This document shows, piece by piece, positions 13,685-21,780 of a DNA stretch of 32,000 bases. The number at the start of each line of letters is the position of its first letter. The first letter of the stretch is position 1. Where the stretch lies: the NCBI GenBank assembly GCA_000091165.1, contig FP565575.1, positions 1,410,001-1,442,000 of the forward strand, read 5' to 3'. The stretch is from Candidatus Methylomirabilis oxygeniifera. Its GTDB lineage: Bacteria > Methylomirabilota > Methylomirabilia > Methylomirabilales > Methylomirabilaceae. The notes below the pieces were generated by a model. It was not told the DNA's origin, did no database searches, and worked only from the letters and a program-made list of their open reading frames with translations. Both the position numbers and the translations under genes were made by a program.

Positions 13685-16333
13685 TCAGTTCTCGCCAGAG
13701 CGCATCAGGTATTCCGTGATCGCCTGGATCTGTCGGTCCTCCTTACCCTCGAGGATATCTTCCGGACCGCCAGGATAGTAACTGGGCATCTTGGTCCCGG
13801 GCTGGATCTTCTGCGGATCCTTCAGCCACTTGCTCATCCAGATCGGCCGCAAGCGGCGCTTGGCCAGACCGAGATCGGGCGCCCAGTTTTCCGTCGGGCC
13901 CTCGGGTTTTTTCTCGCCCTGCTGGTGACAGGTAAAACAGTCAAAATAGTCCTTCGACATCAGCAATCGACCGGCCTTCACAAGCTCCGGGGATGACTCT
14001 TCCACCGAGACATACTCATAGGGGACCTGCTGCTTCCCCATTACCGCAAAATACTTGGTTAAGGCGGTCGCCTCCTCGATCGTCAGCCCGAAGGTCGGCA
14101 TCCGGACGTCGAGCCACGGCCGAAGCGGGATCGGCCGCCCCAGGAACTGGTACAGCCAAGTCGCTTGGACCTTCTCTCCTTCATGCATCATCCCCACTTC
14201 GAGAGGAGGTGGGACCCTGGTCTCATTGGCGTAAAAGGCCGCAATGGCGCCGCCCTGTCCCTCAATGACGTGACATCCGTTGCAGTTGTAGCGTTTCACA
14301 AGAGTTCGTCCGTCCTGAATGGTTCGCTCTTCGTCCGACAGTCCCCTTTGGAATTGCGGCTGGACACGCTCGGTGCTGAGACTTTTCAAGTAGACCATCA
14401 GTGTCTTCGCCTGGTCATCGGTAAAACCGAAGTTCGGCATCAACTGTTCTACCCGTTCGGTGGCATAGATCCCGGGATCCTTCAGTTTCCAGAACGTGTA
14501 ATCCTGCCAGGTCTGCTTCACCTGAACCGCCTCGCCGAAGAAGAGCTCCAGCAATCGCTTTCGGCTGAAGTTACTGAGATCCGGCGCAATCTTCTCCGAC
14601 GTCTCAAATCCCTTGATTTCGTGGCAGCCGAAACATCCCCGCTTACGGATCAGACGCTCACCCGCCGCGATTCGCTCGACTCTCCTCACTTCTCGCTCCA
14701 CACCCGCAACGCTTTGTTTCTGTCCCAGCGTCATCAGAAAGGCGGTGACTGCCCGCGCCTCGTCGTCTGAGAGACGCAGATCAGGCATCCGGGTTGTGGG
14801 CCGAAACTGCTTCGGATTCTTGAGCCAATCGAAGAGCCAGTTCGCGTTGACCTTGCCGGCGATCCTTGAGAGATCCGGTGCGAAATCCTGATCCTCGGGC
14901 TGGGGGGGCGGGGTGAACGCCGAGGTAGGCGTATCGGTGGGCGATACCGCGGGTGCACCGGCAGACGGAGCCTTCGTCTCGAAACCAGGAATCCGGTGGC
15001 AGCCAAGGCAACCGACCGTACCCACGATCTCTCGCCCGCGTTCGACGGATGCGGGCGTTCTCACCGTACCCTTACGAGCCGGCGTCGGCTGGGATGTGCG
15101 GAGAAGATAGGCCGAGATGTTCACTGCGTCTTCATCCGTCAGATCAAAATGAGGCATCCTCGTCTTGGGCAGATATCCTCTCGGCTTCTTGATCCACCGG
15201 ACCAGCCAATTCGGATCGACCTTGTCGGCGATCCGAGTCAGATCCGGCCCGACCTTCTGGGCCTTCTCGAATCCCGCTATCGTATGACAGCCGAAGCAGC
15301 CGAGTTCCTCCACCATCTGCCGCCCGCGCGAATAGACAGGCGCCAGCGCAAACTCCTTCCTGTCGGTATGGCATTTCCGACAACTCGTCTGCACGAAGTC
15401 GCCGCGCAGCAACGGGCGGTCCCAGTGAGACACCTCGCCGTGCGCCGCATCGACGTCGAGAGTCGGCCCCTGGCCCTGATGACACGCGGTACAACCAAAG
15501 CGGGTCATCTCGTGATTGCCGAACAGGACCTCTCGATGCGGATGCGTACGAAACGGCTGTTCAGCCTGTTCGAAACCGACTCGATCGATCGCAAGATGAC
15601 AGGTTGTACATCGATCGACGGTAAGAATCGGCACCTTGAACTCGTTGGTCGCCAGACCCTCGACTACGATCTGCTTGACCTCTGGCGATCGAGCTCCGAT
15701 AGCCTCCAGACGTCGCTCAAGGGCGGTGACCGGCGCGCTGAACTCCCCTATCCTGCTCTGAACGGTATCGACATCGGCCAGAAACCGTTTGACACCCTTC
15801 CGAGCCTCCTCGACCTGCGCTCCCAGTCTATCCGCCTGCGCCGTCAGCTCCCGTAACTGCTTCTCCAGTGCCGCCACCTTGGCTCGGAATTCTGCGGGAT
15901 CCTTTTTTGTATGAACGGCATGTTCTACCCAGTAGAGCGCTTCATCCAGCTCGCTCTTGACGAACTGCGCCTTCACGTTGATCTCGACCTGCTCGGTCTC
16001 GCGTTGTACCAACAGTTGCTGCGCCTTGACCGCCTCTGGTCCGGCCAGCCTGGCCTGCGCGGACTTCAGGTCCTGCTGCAGCTTCGCGATGGCAGCCTGA
16101 GTGTCCGGCATATCGAGCCGTGCTCGCTCCTTGGCAAGTTCCCGAGCGATCTGTTCGGACTCCAGCCGATTGAACTGTTGCTGATGGGCCTTCCACGGAC
16201 GCCTGGTCTTCCCCTCATCCCAGACGGCCCAGACCGCTACCGACAGAAAGAGCATGCTCGAAATAAAAAACAGGACCCGTAAGGACCGCTGCTCTACCAG
16301 CTTACTCGTGCGCCACTCTCTCCACGACCGCAC
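13685..16333 (-). CDS. membrane-anchored octahaem c-type cytochrome with N-terminal coiled-coil (bc-complex associated)
   Basis: One N-terminal TM helix, then about 180 aa of heptad-like charged sequence. Eight CxxCH motifs: CTTCH, CTACH, CRKCH, CFGCH, CLGCH, CFGCH, CNGCH, CFTCH. The last five lie in repeated class-I-like modules, each with a downstream Met-Pro (TRMPHF, TRMPDL, QLMPNF, VRMPTF, TKMPSY). Confidence 0.85.
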   Translation of the reverse strand: MRSWREWRTSKLVEQRSLRVLFFISSMLFLSVAVWAVWDEGKTRRPWKAHQQQFNRLESEQIARELAKERARLDMPDTQAAIAKLQQDLKSAQARLAGPEAVKAQQLLVQRETEQVEINVKAQFVKSELDEALYWVEHAVHTKKDPAEFRAKVAALEKQLRELTAQADRLGAQVEEARKGVKRFLADVDTVQSRIGEFSAPVTALERRLEAIGARSPEVKQIVVEGLATNEFKVPILTVDRCTTCHLAIDRVGFEQAEQPFRTHPHREVLFGNHEMTRFGCTACHQGQGPTLDVDAAHGEVSHWDRPLLRGDFVQTSCRKCHTDRKEFALAPVYSRGRQMVEELGCFGCHTIAGFEKAQKVGPDLTRIADKVDPNWLVRWIKKPRGYLPKTRMPHFDLTDEDAVNISAYLLRTSQPTPARKGTVRTPASVERGREIVGTVGCLGCHRIPGFETKAPSAGAPAVSPTDTPTSAFTPPPQPEDQDFAPDLSRIAGKVNANWLFDWLKNPKQFRPTTRMPDLRLSDDEARAVTAFLMTLGQKQSVAGVEREVRRVERIAAGERLIRKRGCFGCHEIKGFETSEKIAPDLSNFSRKRLLELFFGEAVQVKQTWQDYTFWKLKDPGIYATERVEQLMPNFGFTDDQAKTLMVYLKSLSTERVQPQFQRGLSDEERTIQDGRTLVKRYNCNGCHVIEGQGGAIAAFYANETRVPPPLEVGMMHEGEKVQATWLYQFLGRPIPLRPWLDVRMPTFGLTIEEATALTKYFAVMGKQQVPYEYVSVEESSPELVKAGRLLMSKDYFDCFTCHQQGEKKPEGPTENWAPDLGLAKRRLRPIWMSKWLKDPQKIQPGTKMPSYYPGGPEDILEGKEDRQIQAITEYLMRSGEN

Positions 16334-16354
16334 CGGGCATCCTCGATTATGGCG

Positions 16355-17179
16355 TTAGATATTGAACCAGGGTGTGACCCAGACATTCTTGATGTTAAAT
16401 GCCAGACGCAAGAACATCTTGATCGGAAGACTCATCATCGTCAAAAAGAGGAAGGCCACGATCCCGTATCGGACAGCTCCCAACAGACGGATCGTGTCGC
16501 TCGTATCCCGCTTTGCGAAGTAATAGACGATCGCTGTGCTGAAGTAGAGCGCAATCAACACCAGCCCTATCAACTCAACCCCGAAGATCTTGGGATTGCC
16601 CATCCACCGAAACGGGCCCCATGCCGGCAAATCGACGTTGGTCAGTGCAATCACCATATGGGGATCCCAGGTCTCCCACGGCCAGAAGAGGTTCCAGCCT
16701 GGGCCCCTGAAGAATACGCCCGTAATGATCAGTGAAATCCAGAGGAAAAAAAAGCCGAACAAAAACGTAAGAATGGCGAAGGGACGCTCCCGAAAGGTGT
16801 AATAACCGTTTCCCTTAGGATTGACATCGACGTATGGGATGATCATGAGCCCGACAATGATCAGGCTGGGCAGGACGACACCGGCAAACCAGGGATCGAA
16901 GTAGACCAGCATCTCCTGAAGTCCCAGAAAATACCACGGCGCCTTGCTCGGATTGGGGGTTCGTGTGGGGTTGGCCGCCTCTTCCAAAGGCGCATCGATC
17001 AGAATCGCCCAGACGGTCAGGATCACCATGACGATAATCGAACAGATAAACTCGTTGCGGACCAAGTAGGGCCAGACGTGGACCCTATCGGCAACCACAG
17101 GGTCTTTCGCGCCGGCCGGTTGCGCAGCCGGTTTCGGCGTTGTGTCCTCTTTTACGTCAGCCATCGCACCACTCGTCAC
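16355..17179 (-). CDS. cytochrome b C-terminal half / b6f subunit IV-like protein
   Basis: Polytopic membrane protein carrying the Qo-site PEWY-type motif as APWYFLGLQEML. It lies directly downstream of the b6-like gene. The track start is GTG 17179; ATG 17164 is an alternative. Confidence 0.8.
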   Translation of the reverse strand: MTSGAMADVKEDTTPKPAAQPAGAKDPVVADRVHVWPYLVRNEFICSIIVMVILTVWAILIDAPLEEAANPTRTPNPSKAPWYFLGLQEMLVYFDPWFAGVVLPSLIIVGLMIIPYVDVNPKGNGYYTFRERPFAILTFLFGFFFLWISLIITGVFFRGPGWNLFWPWETWDPHMVIALTNVDLPAWGPFRWMGNPKIFGVELIGLVLIALYFSTAIVYYFAKRDTSDTIRLLGAVRYGIVAFLFLTMMSLPIKMFLRLAFNIKNVWVTPWFNI

Positions 17180-17237
17180 ACGTTATGAATCATCAGGTAC
17201 CGTGCTTCACGTATCACCGAACACTTATCACTTAACA

Positions 17238-18008
17238 CTACAACGGCCCTGAGATCCCCCCGTCTTTTCTGATTCTCCAGAAATGGACGATCATCAGGAG
17301 GCTGATCAGGATCGGCAGAAAGATACAGTGCAACACGTAAAATCTGAGAAGTGCGGAGGGTCCTACAAGCGTACCGCCCAGCAGGAACGCCCTGGCGTCA
17401 TACCGCGACGTAACCCCGACGACCTCACCGAACGGGCCCTCACTCCCGACAAACGGCGTCGCTCTGGCCATATTGGTTCCGACCGTCACGGCCCAGATCG
17501 ACAACTGGTCCCAGGGCAACAGGTAGCCGGTAAAACTCAGCAGCAGCGTGATCGTCAGCAGGATGACTCCGACGACCCAGTTGAACTCTCTCGGCGGTTT
17601 GTACGAACCGGTCATGAATACGCGAAACATATGCAGCCAAACGGTAATCACCATGCCGTGAGCCGCCCACCGATGCATATTGCGCATGATCATCCCGAAC
17701 GGGACGTCGTGTTCCAGGTATTTCATGTCGGCATAGGCGTACTCGGCCACCGGACGATAATAAAACATCAGAATCACACCGGTTACGACCGTAACCAGAA
17801 ACATCAGAAAGGTGATGCCGCCCATGCACCAGGTGAAGCGGACCTTGATGGCATGGCGTCGGATCTTGGGCGGGTGCAGGTGGAGAAAAACATTCGCCAT
17901 GATCTGCAGTACCCGGTTGCGCGGAGTATCCGAGTACTCGTGGCGAAAGATCGAGCGCCAGAGTTGCGACTCGACGATCCGTTTCTTCAGCTCGTTCAGA
18001 TCGAACAT
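17238..18008 (-). CDS. cytochrome b6-like (N-terminal half of cytochrome b)
   Basis: The first His pair [16 protein letters not shown] has 13 residues between ligands. The second, [17 protein letters not shown], has 14, which is the b6-type spacing. The C-terminus [15 protein letters not shown] closely resembles b6 (HF..IRK.GISGPL). Confidence 0.9.
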   Translation of the reverse strand: MFDLNELKKRIVESQLWRSIFRHEYSDTPRNRVLQIMANVFLHLHPPKIRRHAIKVRFTWCMGGITFLMFLVTVVTGVILMFYYRPVAEYAYADMKYLEHDVPFGMIMRNMHRWAAHGMVITVWLHMFRVFMTGSYKPPREFNWVVGVILLTITLLLSFTGYLLPWDQLSIWAVTVGTNMARATPFVGSEGPFGEVVGVTSRYDARAFLLGGTLVGPSALLRFYVLHCIFLPILISLLMIVHFWRIRKDGGISGPL

Positions 18009-18049
18009 TCAGAATCGCACCCTTTCCATCCGGACCGAGAACTTCCAGG

Positions 18050-18643
18050 CTAGACCTTCAACTTGAGAAACGCCTCTGGCTTCGTCCAGTCGCCCCGTTC
18101 GAAGCGGAACAGCACGCTCTTGTCGACCACGAGCTGTCCATCATCACCCAGCGTAATCTTGACCCGTTCCAGCGGTCGGGGAGCCGGACCCTCAAAGTTG
18201 ATGCCGTCTCTGTGGAAACCGCTCCCATGGCAGGGGCATTTAAACTTGTTCTCCGCATTCAGCCAGTTCGGGGTACAGCCGAGATGCGTGCAGACCGCCA
18301 GAAGCGCATAAAACCCGTCAGCCTCATGAACGATCCAGACGCCCGCCTCCTGTTTCCACCGCTCACTGACGGTGCCGACCGGGTACTCCTCCGGCAGGCC
18401 GGCCTTGAACACTGCTGACGGCTCAAAGAGTACTCTCGGAAACATAAAGCGCCCGAACGCCACGCCGCCGATACCCAGCCCGGCCGCGATCCCGCACCAT
18501 CCCGCGAGACAAAACACATCGCGCCGCGACCAGAGGGTCGCATTGCTTCCCTCCGGCGTCGCGATGAGGCGATCTTCTCTATTCTCTCCGGTAGGGCTCT
18601 GCTCGTCCACTGCCCCCTCAGCCGTGACGACTGACGTCGTCAC
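18050..18643 (-). CDS. Rieske [2Fe-2S] subunit
   Basis: CTHLGC and CPCHGS cluster-binding boxes, and a Tat-like SRRDVFCLAGW followed by a TM anchor. The track start is GTG 18643. GTG 18610 (GAGGGGG 3 nt upstream) is an alternative. Confidence 0.88.
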   Translation of the reverse strand: MTTSVVTAEGAVDEQSPTGENREDRLIATPEGSNATLWSRRDVFCLAGWCGIAAGLGIGGVAFGRFMFPRVLFEPSAVFKAGLPEEYPVGTVSERWKQEAGVWIVHEADGFYALLAVCTHLGCTPNWLNAENKFKCPCHGSGFHRDGINFEGPAPRPLERVKITLGDDGQLVVDKSVLFRFERGDWTKPEAFLKLKV

Positions 18644-18688
18644 GTTCTCGTCCCGTCAACTCCTTCTTTTTCAACCCTGTACGCAGCA

Positions 18689-18717
18689 TACATAGTATAG
18701 CATCCCTAACCTGTCAA
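18689..18717 (-). promoter_or_regulatory. candidate sigma70 promoter of the Rieske/cytochrome b operon
   Basis: Minus strand: TTGACA (18717-18712), 17 nt spacer, TATGTA (18694-18689), about 45 nt upstream of the Rieske start. Confidence 0.4.
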
Positions 18718-19048
18718 GGCGAAAAAGGCGAAATATGGTCCACTCAGGCTGGATAGAAATTAGAAATTCTTATCATCAACGATTCACTCCCTATCAAGGC
18801 AAACGTGGCCCCTACCCTTTTCCCCAAGCCACGCCCAAGTTATTTTTCTCTTGATTGGATTAGTCATATGTATAATACTAGATCAGGGGGGTCGGGTCAT
18901 CAAGCTGGAGGCTGCCACGCTCTCCCTGGAAAAGCCAGTTCCAGCTCCTGTATCACCACTCAACACATCGCCGCCAAAAACACTTGACCGCCTCTCAGGT
19001 TTGGGGTATGCATCTTAACTACGCCTTCCTCTTGGAAAGGAGGACTGC

Positions 19049-19274
19049 ATGGGAATTCGCACTGGAATACTGAGGGTCACCCACCACCCTGCTCCTCAAA
19101 GGGCCAGGAGTTGGACCCCTGCCGTCGTCACTCCTTCGTCACCCCCTCCCGCGAAACCCAAGCTTCTTGACCAGGTTCGCCTGGCGATTCGCGCTCGCCA
19201 CTACAGCCACCGGACGGAAGATACCTACGTTGGGTGGATCAAGCGGTTCATCTTCTTCCACGGAAAGCGTGTAG
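19049..19274 (+). pseudogene. intI: integron integrase, N-terminal fragment
   Basis: AAGGAGG precedes ATG 19049. KPKLLDQVRLAIRARHYSHRTEDTYVGWIKRFIFFHGKR is the characteristic IntI N-terminal SAM-like segment (consensus ...FHGKRHP). The reading frame then runs into the IS3-family element at about 19275 and stops. Confidence 0.8.
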
Positions 19275-19298
19275 TGCCCCCCTGAAAGTCAACAGGGC

Positions 19299-20150
19299 TT
19301 ATGCCGCCTGGGGGAGTTGATAGAACTGTTCACGCCAGACCCGAGGGGTGAGATACCCCAGGGCCGAATGCTGTCGCTCGCTGTTGTAGCGGTCGATCCA
19401 GGCCATGATGATGGATTCGGCCTCCGCGAAGGACTCGAAATGGTGCAACCAGACACATTCTTGCTTCAGGGTGCGGAAGAAGCGTTCAATGACCCCGTTG
19501 TACTCCGGGGAGTATCGAGGGATAAACTCCTGGGTAATCGCAAGCTGCTGGGTGGTCCCAACGAACAGGCGGGCCAGGAAGATGGAACCGTTATCGTGCC
19601 GAAGCCGCAGGCCCTCGGGTACGTGGGCGAAACTTCCATAGCACTGGAGAATGCCTTGCTCCAGGGCATCGACCGCTTCGATCGCCCGACCCTGGCGGGC
19701 AAACCGAGCGCCGACGCACTCGCGGCTGCCAGCGTCGAGGACGCCGATAAGACTCGCCCAGCCATCCCGACCACACCAGATCTTCGTCGCATCGGTGGCC
19801 CAGAGCCGGTCCGGCTGCTGGACCGTCGAACACTTCTCCCACGTCGGCGTGGGCCGCAGGGCTGGACGGTGCCACACGCGGCATTGCCACCCTTTCCGTT
19901 GCATGATCCGATGGACCGTCTTGCGATTCACCCTGACGCCCTCCTGGAACCGCAGCCAGGCCCACACCCGCCGGTAGCCGAAGGTCTCCTCGCGGTCCAG
20001 GATGTTCCGGATCCGCTGGGCCAGGCGCTCGTCACACGGCGCCTGCTGCGGGGAAGTGGGCGCCGAGCCGCGCTGCCATTTGTAGAAGCCCGCGCGCGAG
20101 ACACCCAGTGTCCGGCACGCCAGACTCAGCGGCGCACCCTGCGCCCTCAA
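19299..20150 (-). CDS. IS3-family transposase OrfB (DDE/rve integrase core), expressed as an OrfAB fusion by -1 frameshift
   Basis: Typical IS3 OrfB: GYRRVWAWL, WATDATKI (first D), IGVLDAGSRE, HDNGSIF (second D), YSPEYNGVIERFFRTLKQE (E), YNSERQHSALGYLTP. The frame is open upstream to the slippery run at 20191-20198, so the functional product starts in orfA. Confidence 0.9.
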   Translation of the reverse strand: MRAQGAPLSLACRTLGVSRAGFYKWQRGSAPTSPQQAPCDERLAQRIRNILDREETFGYRRVWAWLRFQEGVRVNRKTVHRIMQRKGWQCRVWHRPALRPTPTWEKCSTVQQPDRLWATDATKIWCGRDGWASLIGVLDAGSRECVGARFARQGRAIEAVDALEQGILQCYGSFAHVPEGLRLRHDNGSIFLARLFVGTTQQLAITQEFIPRYSPEYNGVIERFFRTLKQECVWLHHFESFAEAESIIMAWIDRYNSERQHSALGYLTPRVWREQFYQLPQAA

Positions 20151-20467
20151 CTGGTCGACCTCCGCCCACGTTGGCGGATCAGCGCGTCGGTTTTTTTTAA
20201 CAGCTCCTTCTCCAGGGTGAGCTGGCCCACCTTGCGCTCCAGCTCCCGCACGCGGCGCTCCCGCTCAGAGTCGATCTGTCCCCGGCGCGTCTTGAGCGCC
20301 GCCTGCCCGCCTTCCAGGAACCGATCCCGCCAGGCAAACAGTTGGGCTTGGCTGAGCCCATACCTGCGGGCCAGCTCCGCGGCCTCACCACCACGCAATA
20401 GTTCCAGCACCACAGCCGTCTTGCGGGTGATCGTCCAGCGATTCTGTGTCAGGGTCGACTCGGCCAT
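20147..20467 (-). CDS. IS3-family transposase OrfA (HTH)
   Basis: ATG 20467 with AAGGAGG 6 nt upstream. The track start GTG 20503 is less likely. It has an HTH plus leucine-zipper-like [25 protein letters not shown], and the slippery TTA AAA AAA ACC lies near its 3' end. Confidence 0.85.
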   Translation of the reverse strand: MAESTLTQNRWTITRKTAVVLELLRGGEAAELARRYGLSQAQLFAWRDRFLEGGQAALKTRRGQIDSERERRVRELERKVGQLTLEKELLKKTDALIRQRGRRSTS

Positions 20468-20531
20468 TCGACACCTCCTTGTTGAGTCGCCCCAGTTTGT
20501 CACAAGCGCTGTCTACTTCTCAAGGGGGTCA

Positions 20532-20715
20532 GTATAAGCGGGCCACGTGCCACACCTTTCGCCATTCCTTTGCCACGCACTTGCTTGAAGGCGGCTACGA
20601 TATTCGAACTGTCCAGGAACTTCTAGGCCATAGCGACGTGAAGACAACGATGATGTACACCCATGTCCTCAACCGTGGTCCGGCAGGCGTTCGCAGTCCG
20701 GTTGACGGGCTATGA
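20532..20715 (+). pseudogene. intI: integron integrase, C-terminal fragment
   Basis: [59 protein letters not shown] contains tyrosine-recombinase box II (HxxR...Y) and the IntI-typical NRG..GV.SP.D tail. Roughly 200 central residues of a normal IntI, including the IntI-specific insertion, are missing between the two fragments. Confidence 0.8.
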
Positions 20716-20890
20716 GGTCAGCAAGGAGGCTGTTATGCCGATCCGCATAAGAAGCCGTGATACACTGCTGGATTGCACCCAGCCGGCGGACAATAAGGAG
20801 ATGCGCGCGCCACTGGGCGGCGCTCCTAAGGTGTGATATGACGACAGGAAAACGAAACTCCGCATCTTATACGGATCATTCTAATTATTG

Positions 20891-21774
20891 TTAGCCGTAC
20901 AAGAGACATAACCCATGGAAAGTTTGCTTGTTCGTATAGCCAAGGAAAGATTCACACACCCAACTAGCCAAATTGTTCATTTTGTAGAAGACAACGATGA
21001 TGCAAACGACATATTAAATAATCTCGACCAGTATCCCCACGCATATGTTCTTGCTTGTCTGATGGATCGGCAGATTAAGGCAGAACGGGCTTGGGTAATT
21101 CCCTATTTAATCTACAAAGAATTGAATTCGTTTCTCCTGGACGACCTTGCAAAGATTGGGCTACCTGAACTAAAGCGCATTTTTAACGCCAACAAGCTCC
21201 ATAGGTTCAACGACACTATGGCGTCAGTTTTTCATGATGCTGTGTTGAAGATTAAAAACGAATACGAAGGAAATGCCGCAATTATTTGGAGCAATAATCC
21301 AAGCAGCTCAGCAGTTGTTTATAGATTCTTGGGATTTAAAGGGAGCGGCATAAAGATATCCACGATGGCAGCTAATATCCTTGCAAGACAATTCAGAATT
21401 CCATTCTCAGATTACTACTCAATTGATATATCGCCAGATGTTCACATCATTAGGGTAATGAAACGAATGGGCTTTGTGCCATCTGATGCGAATAACGACA
21501 TGGTTATATATAAAGCGCGTGAACTAAATCCAGGGTTCCCGGGAATCATTGACTTTTCATGCTGGGAGATTGGCAGAAAGTGGTGCCGCCCAAGAACGCC
21601 AAATTGTGTTGACTGCATTGTTACGTCAGAGTGCAACAAAGTAACATCTGTGCAAGACAGCCAATAGATCACAGTTAACAAGAAGCCATGAATTCAAGAC
21701 AAGCATTACGTACGGCTAACCCCCGGTTCCAGGCGACGTCGGCGCTAACGCGCCGCCGCGCCTGAACCGAAACG
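20891..21774 (+). mobile_element. integron gene cassette (884 bp) with its own attC
   Basis: The cassette begins TTAGCC, immediately after G20890 of GTTAGCC. It ends at G21774 of the R' core GTTATGG. The cassette-initial GTTAGCCGTAC (20890-20900) is the exact reverse complement of GTACGGCTAAC (21710-21720), which contains the R'' core. This is the geometry expected of a circularisable cassette. The body is visibly AT-rich compared with its flanks. Confidence 0.65.
20915..21667 (+). CDS. HhH-GPD / endonuclease III-like DNA glycosylase family protein with [4Fe-4S] loop
   Basis: Helix-hairpin-helix segment FLGFKGSGIKISTMAANILAR. SPDVHIIRVMKRMGF parallels VDTH.FRV.NRLG of Nth. The C-terminal CRPRTPNCVDCIVTSEC is the C-x6-C-x2-C-x5-C EndoIII cluster motif. 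Codon usage is low-GC. Confidence 0.75.
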   Translation: MESLLVRIAKERFTHPTSQIVHFVEDNDDANDILNNLDQYPHAYVLACLMDRQIKAERAWVIPYLIYKELNSFLLDDLAKIGLPELKRIFNANKLHRFNDTMASVFHDAVLKIKNEYEGNAAIIWSNNPSSSAVVYRFLGFKGSGIKISTMAANILARQFRIPFSDYYSIDISPDVHIIRVMKRMGFVPSDANNDMVIYKARELNPGFPGIIDFSCWEIGRKWCRPRTPNCVDCIVTSECNKVTSVQDSQ

Positions 21775-21780
21775 TTATGG
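21714..21780 (+). repeat. attC recombination site (67 bp)
   Basis: R'' GGCTAAC (21714-21720), spacer CCCC, L'' GGTTCCAGGCG (21725-21735, with one extrahelical C). The central region contains GGCGC-TAAC-GCGCC. L' CGCCTGAACC (21759-21768), spacer GAAAC, R' GTTATGG (21774-21780). The architecture parallels known attC sites such as attC-aadA7. Confidence 0.6.

Larger units (their letters stand above)
19275..20531 (-). mobile_element. IS3-family insertion sequence (about 1.26 kb)
   Basis: Contains orfA and orfB with an A8 slippery run. Imperfect terminal inverted repeats TGCCCCCCTGAAAGTCAACAGGGCTT (from 19275) and TGACCCCCTTGAGAAGTAGACAGCGCTT (reverse complement, from 20531) match at about 26 of 33 aligned positions and have TG...CA ends. 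The flanks GTAG and GTAT suggest a possible 3-bp duplication with a 1-nt uncertainty. Confidence 0.85.

Noticed and set aside
14165-15856. + strand ORFs of 201 and 286 aa inside the octahaem cytochrome region. Similar cases are 17283..18053, 28362..29000, 29826..30539 and 31108..31785.
   Set aside because: Each is the antisense shadow of a motif-bearing gene: CxxCH repeats, b6 His pairs, the 12-TM protein, the Crp regulator, and higBA-2. Their compositions are Arg/Gly/Pro/His-biased.
19317-20537. 406-aa + strand ORF across the IS element
   Set aside because: It is antisense to the IS3 orfA/orfB, which carry clear DDE transposase motifs. Its composition is Pro/Arg/Leu-rich.
20735-20836. 33-codon ORF (MPIRIRSRDTLLDCTQPADNKEMRAPLGGAPKV) with AAGGAGG 5 nt upstream, between intI and the cassette
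   Set aside because: The SD is good, but the ORF is very short, I recognise no homology, and it lies where an attI-like region would be expected. It is not reportable as a gene without conservation or Ribo-seq evidence.
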